Origin: a virus
Taxonomy: Duplodnaviria > Caudoviricetes
Virus record (IMG/VR): IMGVR_UViG_3300007770_000001
Length of the DNA stretch: 64,000 nucleotides
Reading direction: 5' to 3' (one strand)
Positions 45,938 through 55,024 of the stretch are shown one piece after another; positions within the stretch are counted from its first letter, which is position 1, and each line of letters opens with the position of its first letter. Below the pieces are notes generated by a model. The model was not told the origin of the DNA and searched no databases. It worked only from the letters and a program-made list of their open reading frames with translations. The translations under genes were made by a program, and so were the position numbers.

Positions 45938-46616
45938 GAACCCATTCGGGTTTCTTCCCGAACTGAAAGCCGAAGCGACGGATGAGGTCTCCATCCCCGT
46001 CGTCAATCATGTGCTTCACCTCCAGCCCGAAAGTAGTATCCGGGCCTCGCCATACGTTCTGGGCGGGGAGAGCACCCACTGCCCCCAGAGGCGCGCCCAG
46101 GAGTTCCGAGAGGCCCTCGTTGAGGCGCTGGGTGTTTAGCCATATACGTGGAGTCTCTGCATCCTGTCCGTAGACGTGTCGGAACATCCAGGTGGCCAAT
46201 CCCTGGCTCGAGTCCTGCAGATCGAAGAAGGACATCTTGGGAGCGCTGGAGATCTGAGGACACCATACATTGGGGATCGGTGCAACCACCATCCACGGAT
46301 GCGTCCAGTAGTACACAGCGTCCGCGAACTCTCGGGTCCCTTCCGTCCAGAAATCAATGACCTCTGGGTCCGAACGGAGAGTGTGTTCGAACAGGGAGCA
46401 GTACCAGTCCCAGGGGTTCCGAACCACGCCGAACCAGGTACGCTTCTCCCCAGCCTCGGATAGGATGCTCCGGGCTTCCGATATGGATCGGTGCCTTCCC
46501 ACCCCAGGAAACACCTGGGGGTTCTCTCCGAGTTCTCTCAACGCCTGGTAGACGGAGAAGCCCCCGGTCTTGGGCATGTGCCAGAAGGCCAGGCCTGATG
46601 CGGTGTGTACAGCCAT
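45921..46616 (-). CDS. Sulfotransferase-fold protein 1 (Sulfotransfer_2-like)
   Basis: FWHMPKTGG (5'-PSB loop) and FGVVRNPWDWY.SLF (3'-PB motif). Confidence 0.75.
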   Translation of the reverse strand: MAVHTASGLAFWHMPKTGGFSVYQALRELGENPQVFPGVGRHRSISEARSILSEAGEKRTWFGVVRNPWDWYCSLFEHTLRSDPEVIDFWTEGTREFADAVYYWTHPWMVVAPIPNVWCPQISSAPKMSFFDLQDSSQGLATWMFRHVYGQDAETPRIWLNTQRLNEGLSELLGAPLGAVGALPAQNVWRGPDTTFGLEVKHMIDDGDGDLIRRFGFQFGKKPEWVLSRDG

Positions 46617-46660
46617 GAGGGAATAGTACCGTGGCTGGGCTATCTACAAAGAGGGCTACG

Positions 46661-47980
46661 ATGTCCCACGACAACGACGAATCTCGCGCCGGTCTGGTTC
46701 CGTTTTCTCTGGACCAGAATCCTGCTCCCGGACCCTCCCTCGAGGGCCAGGACTACCAGGACAAAAAACAGGCCTTGGTCAACCAGATCATGGCTACTTT
46801 CCGGAAGCTCTTGCCCTCCAACTATGTGGCGGAAACCAACGGTCCGTGGTACTCTCTGCAGTTCCAGGCAATGGCGGAGCAGCTGGCGGATATCCAGCTG
46901 GAGGTTTCCGAGATCTACAAGGACTCCGACTGGGACTTCACCCGAACGGACTTCCTGTGGTCTGTATTGGGGCAGATGGTGTTCCCCGGAGCTACCGACA
47001 GGTCTGGGATCCCGGACATCAGCTCGGATCTGGCGTATCGAGATTTCCTCCATCAGATGGTGGTTCAGCTCCTCAAGGGGGCGACCACCGAGTCCATGGA
47101 AGGAGGCGTGGACGCTCTGGGAGATGATTTCATCTCTACTGTCCTCGAGAGATACCTGGCGTCCCCCCCTCGGGACCCGAACGGTGCATACACGATCAAG
47201 GACCAGTTCACAGTCGATATCTTCATCGAGACCGAATCCGGGGGCTTTCCTGGAGACCCTACGGTCACGGAGAGAAACGCGCGCCTGGTCCTCTCCGCCC
47301 TGAAGCCTGCCCATGTCATCTACACATATAGCCACCTGTTCCGCGACGCCTTCGATCAGATCGCGGATGATGCAGGAGGTCCTGAGTCCTGGGAGATCGA
47401 GGACTACCGCTATGACGACATGCGGAAGTGGTGTCATGGATTCAAGGGCATCACAGGAACGGGGGAGACCCTCTCCAACAGGACCCTCTTCTCAGATCCT
47501 TCCCTCTCCTTTGTTTCTATCACCAAGAACGCGGTGTTGCGGGTCTTGTCAGGCCCCAACGCCGGGGCGTACAGGGTCGTGGGGACGCGTGCTCTCCTGA
47601 GCGGGGCTACGGCTACCCCAGCCTCCTACACGGTCTCCAGCGGGGGCTCAGGGACTCTGGTAGCTCTCGAGGACGATGTGGTAGAGGATACTTCCCGGGA
47701 TTGGGGGGCTCTCGCTGTCGACACTACGATCACGATCCTCGACGGTGTCAACGCAGGCACCTATCGTCTCCACGCTGTCCTGGGCTCTACTGGGGGTCTG
47801 GTCGGGAAGCCAGGGGTGTCTGGGGACCAGGTCCGTCTCTCCCCTTCGATCCTACAGGTGGAGAGACGGATGCCTTCCACCGCGGTCGGCCAGAGCTATG
47901 AGGTAGAGGTGGATAGGCTCGGCCACAAGTCGCCCAAGACGGTCTCCGCTGAGGATGTATCGGCGCAGTTCTACCTCTGA
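46661..47980 (+). CDS. Baseplate wedge / tail protein-like structural protein (439 aa)
   Basis: L..L.......YRDFL...V..LLKGAT...L.ALKPAHV pattern recalls baseplate wedge subunits; beta-rich C-terminus. Confidence 0.6.
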   Translation: MSHDNDESRAGLVPFSLDQNPAPGPSLEGQDYQDKKQALVNQIMATFRKLLPSNYVAETNGPWYSLQFQAMAEQLADIQLEVSEIYKDSDWDFTRTDFLWSVLGQMVFPGATDRSGIPDISSDLAYRDFLHQMVVQLLKGATTESMEGGVDALGDDFISTVLERYLASPPRDPNGAYTIKDQFTVDIFIETESGGFPGDPTVTERNARLVLSALKPAHVIYTYSHLFRDAFDQIADDAGGPESWEIEDYRYDDMRKWCHGFKGITGTGETLSNRTLFSDPSLSFVSITKNAVLRVLSGPNAGAYRVVGTRALLSGATATPASYTVSSGGSGTLVALEDDVVEDTSRDWGALAVDTTITILDGVNAGTYRLHAVLGSTGGLVGKPGVSGDQVRLSPSILQVERRMPSTAVGQSYEVEVDRLGHKSPKTVSAEDVSAQFYL

Positions 47981-48669
47981 TGCTGTACACAGATAAGCAC
48001 ATCGCTGCCTGCCAGCCTCGAACAGGATCCACTGCTCGAAGACACCGGTTCTCGAGGGTCCTCGGTGCCCGGACCATGTTCACCAAAGATGGGAAGGAGT
48101 TCCATGGACACATGCCTCTCCGTGTTCTTCCTCCTGAACTTCTCGAAGGCCGGGTCGGGGTGGCTACTGTCCGGGACCCCTTCAGCTGGATGGTGTCCGT
48201 CTACTTCCGATTGGTCGCGTTCCCTCCGGGGAAGACCCGTGACTTCCTCAAGAAGTGGGGCGGGGGAACGCACCGATGGGATCGTGTCCTCTACGGGTGG
48301 ACCCACCCCGGGGAGATCGAGTCTCCTATGGAAAGGCATGCTTGGGCGAACCCCTGGGGATCCCAGACGTCCGGGACCGAGGGCCTGTGGAGCGCCTCCG
48401 TCCGCTGGTATCACGAAGGGGCCTCGGTCTTCATCGATACAGCAAGGCAGAACGAGGGCTGGGCTTCTCTGTATCCTGAACACCGCGATGCCCTGATAGA
48501 GTGTGGGCGGACCAACGAGTGGGACCACCCTCTTGTCGGGGACATGTTCACTCCAGAACAGGAGCGCTGGGTCCAGGAAGCCGATGGGGATCTGATGGAA
48601 GCCCTCGGGTATTCGGGAGTAGGCCAACCCAGCACCAACATGGTCTCCGAGTTCCCGGTCATGCGGTAA
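47980..48669 (+). CDS. Sulfotransferase-fold protein 2
   Basis: QPRTGST, GH.PL, VATVRDPFSW.VS.Y motifs; TGATG coupling to the baseplate-like gene. Confidence 0.65.
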   Translation: MLYTDKHIAACQPRTGSTARRHRFSRVLGARTMFTKDGKEFHGHMPLRVLPPELLEGRVGVATVRDPFSWMVSVYFRLVAFPPGKTRDFLKKWGGGTHRWDRVLYGWTHPGEIESPMERHAWANPWGSQTSGTEGLWSASVRWYHEGASVFIDTARQNEGWASLYPEHRDALIECGRTNEWDHPLVGDMFTPEQERWVQEADGDLMEALGYSGVGQPSTNMVSEFPVMR

Positions 48670-48679
48670 TCAGTAATAT

Positions 48680-48758
48680 GCTCCCGTAGCTCAGTTGGTT
48701 AGAGCGCTGGGGTTTAAGTCCTGGGTCGTCACCAGTTCGATTCTGGTCGGGAGTTCCA
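48680..48758 (+). tRNA. Atypical tRNA; canonical numbering gives anticodon UUA (ochre suppressor-like), alternative register UAA (Leu)
   Basis: 7-bp acceptor stem GCTCCCG/CGGGAGT, D arm GCTC-AGTTGGTTA-GAGC, T arm ACCAG-TTCGATT-CTGGT, encoded CCA. Weak anticodon stem and 7-nt variable region. Confidence 0.85.
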
Positions 48759-48771
48759 TCTTGGGGGGTGT

Positions 48772-49197
48772 GTGTTACGTGTAGTGGATATCACGGAGGC
48801 GGAGAGGGTTCTCAAGGATCTCGAGAAGAGGGCTCTCCTCCGACCTATCTCGTGGGAGGTCCTGAAGATCGCCAAAGAGAAGGGCGTCCTCCCGCCGACC
48901 AACAACGAGCTCACCGTGCGGCTGGCAGGTGGGCTGCAGGTCACTCTCACGTTCGAGCACCAGCAGTACGGTTTGGTCCGTCACGCATCCTTCTCCACGG
49001 TAACTGGGGAGGCTGAGTCTATGCCGGCTCCGCTCCTCATTCGGGAACTGCTTCCCTTCCTTGGGTTCACTGGTTCTCTCAAGGACTGCCACCTGTGGAT
49101 CGAGGACCTCTCCCATGGAAAGAAGGCCGTCAATGTCATCCAACCGCATGACGGAGACTGGAGTCCTTTCATCACCGATAGACCTGGGAGTGTGTGA
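48772..49197 (+). CDS. Hypothetical protein (141 aa)
   Basis: Protein-like composition; follows the tRNA. Confidence 0.6.
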   Translation: MLRVVDITEAERVLKDLEKRALLRPISWEVLKIAKEKGVLPPTNNELTVRLAGGLQVTLTFEHQQYGLVRHASFSTVTGEAESMPAPLLIRELLPFLGFTGSLKDCHLWIEDLSHGKKAVNVIQPHDGDWSPFITDRPGSV

Positions 49198-49918
49198 GGG
49201 CTGTCCCACCCGTAGTCGGTGCCACTCAGCTGCCTGGAACGCGACGGCCAAGCCGGATTCCGTCCCCACCAAGGCGGAAGAGATCTCTATGGTCCACGAG
49301 TGCGTCTCGTGCTTCGATGTTCGCCTGAGCTTCTTCGGCGGGAATGAGGCGTTCCCCATCCCGGATGAGTGTCCCCGCAGGGGTGGGAGCTCTGGTAGCT
49401 GGCGGGAGTGCGGGGAGTGCTATGCCTACAGGGATAGTGTGACCCGACCTCCCCTGACTCCTGAGATGAGGGAAGCTTCCCGTGGTCTCTGGGTTTCCAT
49501 CGTTGAGCGAGTCCAGGACCGACTTGAACACGGCCCTGACTACCACGACCTTCAGCAGGAGCGCAAGGCCAAGGAGGCCGTATCCCGATTCGGTGACGCC
49601 ATAGACCAGTATCCCGCTCTCCGGAAGCTCACGGAGTCAGGAGAGTCGAATCCCGAGGGCCTCCACAAGCTGGTCTCGTTTCTTGACGCTCTACTGGACA
49701 CGGCCCCCGGAGAACCGGACTTCTCTGGAATTGACTCGGAACGGGTCGGGCTGGAGCTGATGGATGGCCTCCTTCAGTCCCTCCAACGAGGGCACGAAAC
49801 CCCAGACTCCTGGCTTCGGGAATGGAAGGTCTGGTACACGAACCGGCGTCCGTTCTTCCGGTTGTTGGGCTATAAGGGGGAGGGGGAGAGCAAACCCCGA
49901 GGTCCAGATGTCTCCTGA
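49190..49918 (+). CDS. Hypothetical protein with Cys-rich N-terminus (~242 aa)
   Basis: CEGC..C, CVSC, CGEC motifs; start approximate. Confidence 0.55.
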   Translation: MCEGCPTRSRCHSAAWNATAKPDSVPTKAEEISMVHECVSCFDVRLSFFGGNEAFPIPDECPRRGGSSGSWRECGECYAYRDSVTRPPLTPEMREASRGLWVSIVERVQDRLEHGPDYHDLQQERKAKEAVSRFGDAIDQYPALRKLTESGESNPEGLHKLVSFLDALLDTAPGEPDFSGIDSERVGLELMDGLLQSLQRGHETPDSWLREWKVWYTNRRPFFRLLGYKGEGESKPRGPDVS

Positions 49919-50342
49919 CGAACGTTCTTCCCTGATCCAGAGGGCTGCCTCTTTTCCCAAGGGTTCCGTGGAACGACGGGAGATCCTCGCTGGTCTCAAG
50001 CAGGCCAACACGGTGGTCATCCCTGTCCCGTTCCCTGCCGAGTCAGGCCAGACCTTTGAGGAACTGGGTCTCTCCTACGGAAATCCCGAGGAGGACGCTG
50101 GTGACGGCCTGGAGGACACCCAGCGGAACGTCCTGTCCTACCTGGGGAAGCGTCGCTCGGAGGACATCCAGGTGATCGGAGGGGAGGGCGCCAACCTTGA
50201 GCTCCTCCGCGCCGCCTGGAAGAAGGGCCGGACTCTGGGTCCTATCCTGGGAGACTTCGGCAATGACGAGGCGGTGGCTGGGACTCTGGGGCGCATCAAG
50301 GCTGTCATGGTCCCCTCCTACCACACTGTTTGGATGATCTGA
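49908..50342 (+). CDS. Hypothetical protein (144 aa) with leader ERSSLIQRAASFPKGSVERREILAGL
   Basis: GAGG RBS + ATG overlapping the upstream gene. Confidence 0.65.
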   Translation: MSPDERSSLIQRAASFPKGSVERREILAGLKQANTVVIPVPFPAESGQTFEELGLSYGNPEEDAGDGLEDTQRNVLSYLGKRRSEDIQVIGGEGANLELLRAAWKKGRTLGPILGDFGNDEAVAGTLGRIKAVMVPSYHTVWMI

Positions 50343-50505
50343 ACGCGGTATAGTTCAGTAGACGGAGAATCCAATGATCGACTACATCCGAGGCTGGTTA
50401 AGGTAGAGTCTCCCCTCTCAGGGGCCTGCCGACTGCACGAGGCCCTCCTGGGCTGGTGTTCGCTGATACGACCAAAGCGGCACATCACCAACCCAGGAGA
50501 ATACC

Positions 50506-51036
50506 ATGTCCCGTGCCCGTACCACCCATCTCAAGATCAAGATCCACACCCTCGCTGACGAGGCCCGCCATATCCGCCGTGAGGAGCGGAAGGCTCGTCA
50601 GAGGGAGTTCTACGCGTCTCCGGACAAGATGATCCGGAAGGCGGACTCCCTCGAGCGCTTCGCTCGCTGGGCGGACAACTCGGAGAACTCCAGCGCCACC
50701 CGTGCGGAGATCAGCTCCGCTCTGGCCGAGGCGGAGAAGCTCCGCGCCCGCGCTCAGAACTTCGGCGACGAGAGGAAGGCCCACGCTGCCCGGCGGGAGC
50801 GTCTCGACCTCCGAGACCATCGCAAGGGGGTCGTGCGGACGATGTCCCGCTCTTGCCTGCTCGCCTACGGCTACCTCCGGGGCGTTCCGTACGCGAAGAT
50901 CGAGCAGAATCACCGGGAGGACAACTATCCGAACTGGCGGGAGGCCGAGAAGATCATCAAGCGGTTCGGCGGAGATCCCTCTGGGTTCCGCCCCTGGCTG
51001 AAGGGGGAGACGGAGGTGTCCTGTGCGGCGAAGTAG
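50506..51036 (+). CDS. Conserved phage hypothetical protein (176 aa)
   Basis: LKIKI.TLADEAR.IRREE...HR...VR...R...LAYGYLRG.PY..IE; strong codon bias; AGGAGA RBS. Confidence 0.75.
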   Translation: MSRARTTHLKIKIHTLADEARHIRREERKARQREFYASPDKMIRKADSLERFARWADNSENSSATRAEISSALAEAEKLRARAQNFGDERKAHAARRERLDLRDHRKGVVRTMSRSCLLAYGYLRGVPYAKIEQNHREDNYPNWREAEKIIKRFGGDPSGFRPWLKGETEVSCAAK

Positions 51037-51388
51037 CTGCAACACAGGAGGCTGTTCCCCGGAGCACATCTGGGGACTCCTCCGTCCCGACGGCCGGCTG
51101 GCGCGCTTCTCGTTCAGCCACTCCGTCTTGACGTGGGTCAACAACCAGGCCCTCGAGGGCAGGGGCCGCATCCAGCGGTTCCGGTTCCTCCGGGGCCTCC
51201 CCATTCCCCCCGGAGGAACCTCTCGTTCGGGCCTCTACGCAATCGTGGCTGAGCGCGGTTCCAAGGGCCGCGTGCTCCGGGTGTGCTACTCGAAGGAGGC
51301 AGCGGACTTCTTCCGTGAGCCGGGCGCTCGATCCATTCATGAGTTTTGGCTCGCTCCGGAAACTCTGGCCCTGAGGAGGGCAGCATGA
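51023..51388 (+). CDS. Hypothetical protein (121 aa)
   Basis: Overlapping operon arrangement; start uncertain. Confidence 0.5.
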   Translation: MRRSSCNTGGCSPEHIWGLLRPDGRLARFSFSHSVLTWVNNQALEGRGRIQRFRFLRGLPIPPGGTSRSGLYAIVAERGSKGRVLRVCYSKEAADFFREPGARSIHEFWLAPETLALRRAA

Positions 51389-51813
51389 AGTCCAATATCC
51401 AATGGGGCTGGAAGGTCAGCTGTGCTCACGAGAGCTGTTCGGAGCACCTGGAGGTCTGGGGTCCGATGAAGGGGGACACCGAGTATCCCATCGTGCCCGG
51501 TCTCATCAGCGGTTGGAACAAGCCCGAAGAGTACGGAGGATGGTTCTTCTGGAGCTTCCCCAAGGAAGGCCAGCGGTTCTACAGGGCGTTTTGCTCAAAG
51601 CACTCCGCAGCCGCGTTCACCTGGCGGGACGCGGATATCTCCTGGCATCGCAGACTCCGCGAAGCTCGAGACGCCCAGAAGAACTCCATCATCCACAAGT
51701 TGGAGAAGTGGGGCCGGAAGAAGTTCGGACTCCGGATGAAGGGATACATGGAAGACTGGTACAAGAAGAACCCGAAGCCGGCCCCTCCGTGGCCGGTAAC
51801 GGAGAGGGACTGA
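51385..51813 (+). CDS. Hypothetical Trp-rich protein (142 aa)
   Basis: ATGA overlap; GAGGAGG RBS. Confidence 0.6.
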   Translation: MKSNIQWGWKVSCAHESCSEHLEVWGPMKGDTEYPIVPGLISGWNKPEEYGGWFFWSFPKEGQRFYRAFCSKHSAAAFTWRDADISWHRRLREARDAQKNSIIHKLEKWGRKKFGLRMKGYMEDWYKKNPKPAPPWPVTERD

Positions 51814-51822
51814 GGAGGCCTG

Positions 51823-53094
51823 ATGGGTCGGTTGAAGAGCTACAACTACGAGGCGCGGGAAGTCTTCTTCACGGAGGAGAACCGTATTCTGGAGAATCAG
51901 ACCCGACACGGTTCCGACTGTGGGAAGTTCTACCTCGTGGTCGATGTCTACAAGACCAAGAAGGGCTCGTGGAACTACACCCGGGGCCGTGTGTTCCGGA
52001 CTGGAGAGGACGAGCCCATTCCCATCGCGGACATCAAGAGGAACTACGGAGGGTTCGGATTCGCCTGGGTCTACGTTGGCCCCCATAGGAAGCCGTTCCT
52101 GGTCTGCGGGTTCGACTACCAGGGCCAGACGTTCGTGGATCTCAGCACTGGCGAGCGCCGCGACGAACTCTCCCCAGGAGCGGAGAAGGGCTTCGGGTTC
52201 TGTTGGATCCACCGGGTTCAGCTCAAGCAGACCCCGGATATCCTCCAGGTCAGCGGCTGTCACTGGGCGTGCCCCTACGAGTATCGGTTCTTCGATATCT
52301 CGGACCCCATCGGGAAAGGATGGCCTCAGGTCTCCATGCCGGAGGAGCACCTCTCTTTGGATTGCCTGGGTAAGACTCGGATCATGGAGACCGGTGAGAA
52401 CAACTTCTCCTGGCATATGTACGAGGGTGTGTTCATCGGGACCGGGGAGTGGCATCGGGATGTGGAGGACACCAGCTTCGACCTACACTGCGAGGTCTCC
52501 AAGCTGAAGATCCAGGGAGGCTCTGCAGAGGAGATCGAGGCAGCCAAGGCAGCGGAGAATGCTCATGATGAGAAGTACTCCGACCCAGAGGATGATCCAC
52601 ACCTCTGGGACACGGAGCTTCTCATCGATCGGAAGTTCGAGTTCGTCCGGGACGCTCACGGAGTCTATGCCCGGCTCCTCTCCGAGACCAAGCATCCCGT
52701 GGTTCTGAAGCGGGAAGAGCTCTATCTTCAGTGGAAGGAGAAGCGTCGGGCTCAGGAAGCCGAGTGGAAGCAGGACCCAATCTTCCAAGAGCTCTCCAAC
52801 ACCATCCCCTTGAAGGGCCGTGTGGGAATCGGATCCCCTTCCTTGAACGACAAGTGGAAGGGAGAGCCGAACCCAGCCTTCTTCCGTGTCACTCTCGGAG
52901 ACCCCAAGGGGGAGGAGAACCTCGCAGCATCCCTCCAGTGGGGAGTCAATGAAGGGCCGCTGAAGCTGTCCTTGTGGTTGCGGGGGAAGGGGGATGTAGA
53001 GAAGCCCCAGTTCCCCCGCACCTCCGAGGGCCTACACCAAGCCCTACGACGCAGCCGTGAGTACCTGGCTGGGGGCTCCTCCGACCAGGAGTAG
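51823..53094 (+). CDS. Hypothetical protein (423 aa)
   Basis: GAGGAGG RBS; long ORF with phage codon usage. Confidence 0.7.
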   Translation: MGRLKSYNYEAREVFFTEENRILENQTRHGSDCGKFYLVVDVYKTKKGSWNYTRGRVFRTGEDEPIPIADIKRNYGGFGFAWVYVGPHRKPFLVCGFDYQGQTFVDLSTGERRDELSPGAEKGFGFCWIHRVQLKQTPDILQVSGCHWACPYEYRFFDISDPIGKGWPQVSMPEEHLSLDCLGKTRIMETGENNFSWHMYEGVFIGTGEWHRDVEDTSFDLHCEVSKLKIQGGSAEEIEAAKAAENAHDEKYSDPEDDPHLWDTELLIDRKFEFVRDAHGVYARLLSETKHPVVLKREELYLQWKEKRRAQEAEWKQDPIFQELSNTIPLKGRVGIGSPSLNDKWKGEPNPAFFRVTLGDPKGEENLAASLQWGVNEGPLKLSLWLRGKGDVEKPQFPRTSEGLHQALRRSREYLAGGSSDQE

Positions 53095-54063
53095 CACGGT
53101 CAGGTATTCCATGACCTTGTCCTTGGTCCAGGCGTGGATGTACACCCGGGTCCCATCCTCCGACACACCGAAGGTGACTCGGTCTTCCTCAGCGAGCTTC
53201 CGGATCGCTGAGTTGTTCCGGGCGACCTGGTACTCGACACGGAGGCTGACCACACGCTTCCGCCAGCCCATCACGATGGTGGTGTCTCCGAACACGGCCC
53301 GGAACCAGGGCTCCTTGCCTCCGTAGCCGTTCTCGACGGGAATGCGTTCTCCGAGGTCGATGCCTCGCTCTGCCATCTCTGTCCAGACGGCGTCGAAGTA
53401 CTCCCGGTTCTTGGTGATGATGGGGTCCTCGGGGATCGGCAGGTACTCCGAGTAGGCGGGGTCGATCTTGGACCAGTGCGTGTAGGAGTCTCCGTTCTTG
53501 TCCGTCTTCCGTATCGCGAAGTAGCCAACGACACCGGTGATCTCCGGGAAGGCCGGCGGATACAGAGGTCGAAGGAGATCATCCGGATAGGTCAGGTACA
53601 CACCCTTCTTCAGGGGCTTGTCTCGGGACCCCCAGGTCTCGTCGTGCAGCTTCTGCGCGTCCTCGGGGCAGTCGTGGTAGCTGATCTGGTGGTCGGTGAA
53701 GAGCGGAGTGCTTCCGTGGAGATCCGGGAACTTCACGTAGAAGACCTCCTTGAGCCAGGTCGCCCACTCCAGGGTCTCGTGGGCCTTCAGTGCAGCGAGC
53801 CGATGGCGCCAGGTGGGGAGGAGAATCTCGTTCATCCACCAGGACAGACGCTTGGGGAGCATGAGCCGGTCGCGCTCATCCCGACACAGGCTGGTGTTCC
53901 GGACGAAGACCACAACAGCCCCTGCCCGATTGGAGAGGACCTCAACGGCGGCCTTGCACCGAGAGCACGTGTAGTGTCTCTGACACGAGGAACCCCCGAA
54001 GGAGCCCCCTCCTCCGCTGAGCTTGGTTCCATGGCAGAAAGGGCAGGGGGGTGGCTTGAGCAT
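53044..54063 (-). CDS. Hypothetical protein with N-terminal Zn ribbon (339 aa)
   Basis: CPFC...C..YTCSRC; AGGAGA RBS. Confidence 0.7.
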   Translation of the reverse strand: MLKPPPCPFCHGTKLSGGGGSFGGSSCQRHYTCSRCKAAVEVLSNRAGAVVVFVRNTSLCRDERDRLMLPKRLSWWMNEILLPTWRHRLAALKAHETLEWATWLKEVFYVKFPDLHGSTPLFTDHQISYHDCPEDAQKLHDETWGSRDKPLKKGVYLTYPDDLLRPLYPPAFPEITGVVGYFAIRKTDKNGDSYTHWSKIDPAYSEYLPIPEDPIITKNREYFDAVWTEMAERGIDLGERIPVENGYGGKEPWFRAVFGDTTIVMGWRKRVVSLRVEYQVARNNSAIRKLAEEDRVTFGVSEDGTRVYIHAWTKDKVMEYLTVLLLVGGAPSQVLTAAS

Positions 54064-54072
54064 GGGGTTCTC

Positions 54073-55008
54073 CTACAGGGAGGCCAGGGGGATCATTTCA
54101 CAGAGGAGTTTGGCTCGCTCCTCTGTGAGTCTCATGAGGGGGCGTCCTTGAGCATCGAGAGCCAGGAACTCATCGTTGGTCTTGGACACGTATCGGATGT
54201 CGCAGTAGGGAGCGGGGTCCTCTTCGAGAGGATTTGGAAGACAGGCCGGGTTCTGCTTCGATACCGCAGGCTGGTAGAGCCCGTCGGAGAGGACCGAGAA
54301 GTCCCATACGTTGGCCCAGTCCTGAGAGGACTCGGTCTTGACCCGAATCCGGGTCTGGCCCGTCCATTCGATGACCCCAACCTTTCCACTGGGGAGCATC
54401 CCTCTGTCTCCCACCTTGGGGAAGGACTCCTTCCAGCTGTCTTGCAGCTTCTCCACCTTGATTTGGTGGGCTTCCCAACCGTGTATGGGAGTCTCGTCCC
54501 TATACACCCCAGTGATGAACGCGCGGAGGTTGGTGATGGCGGTCCAGTGGGTGTTTCCGCTTTGGGTCTCTATGAGAGCCCGCCTTCCGAATCCTCCGTT
54601 CACAATCCGAGACACAACCCCACGTGTCCCCTTGGGAACCTTGCGTCCCTTGTAGACCTCGACCCAGGATCCGATCTTGACCTCTCGGAGAGCTTCCTCT
54701 GCTTCCTCTTCCTTGGCCGGGTCCAGGGCCTGCTTCTTCTCTGACTTCTCCGCCAAGTGGAGGAGGCGAATGTTCAGGGTGGCGTCTTCCGTTGCGAAGC
54801 CTCTCTGAGCCATGCCCTCGCAGCGGATGATGCATTCCTCGGAGTTCCCTCCGGTGAGATCCCAGACAGTGGCGAAGGTGGCCTGTACCCACTCTCCGGG
54901 GATTAGCTCGGTCTCACGGGTGCTGACGTGGAGCACCCGCCCCTCGTGAGTCGGGCTCCCGTGGGGAACCCACGCACCGTCAACCAGCTTTTCCCAGATG
55001 ATTGCCAT
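54073..55008 (-). CDS. Hypothetical protein with SH3/KOW-like segments (311 aa)
   Basis: IGSWVEVYKGRKVPKGTRGVV and KVGDRG..GKVGVI.W; promoter motif upstream. Confidence 0.7.
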   Translation of the reverse strand: MAIIWEKLVDGAWVPHGSPTHEGRVLHVSTRETELIPGEWVQATFATVWDLTGGNSEECIIRCEGMAQRGFATEDATLNIRLLHLAEKSEKKQALDPAKEEEAEEALREVKIGSWVEVYKGRKVPKGTRGVVSRIVNGGFGRRALIETQSGNTHWTAITNLRAFITGVYRDETPIHGWEAHQIKVEKLQDSWKESFPKVGDRGMLPSGKVGVIEWTGQTRIRVKTESSQDWANVWDFSVLSDGLYQPAVSKQNPACLPNPLEEDPAPYCDIRYVSKTNDEFLALDAQGRPLMRLTEERAKLLCEMIPLASL

Positions 55009-55024
55009 ATTCTCTCCTGGAACC

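Noticed and set aside
48771-48800. GTTACG just after the tRNA as another promoter-motif copy
   Set aside because: No GGAAAC at the 16-nt spacing, and it lies at the start of a plus-strand gene.
50343-50400. tRNA-like D-arm string (TAGTTCAGT...AGAAT)
   Set aside because: No T-arm (TTCG), no pairing acceptor 3' strand and no CCA were found.
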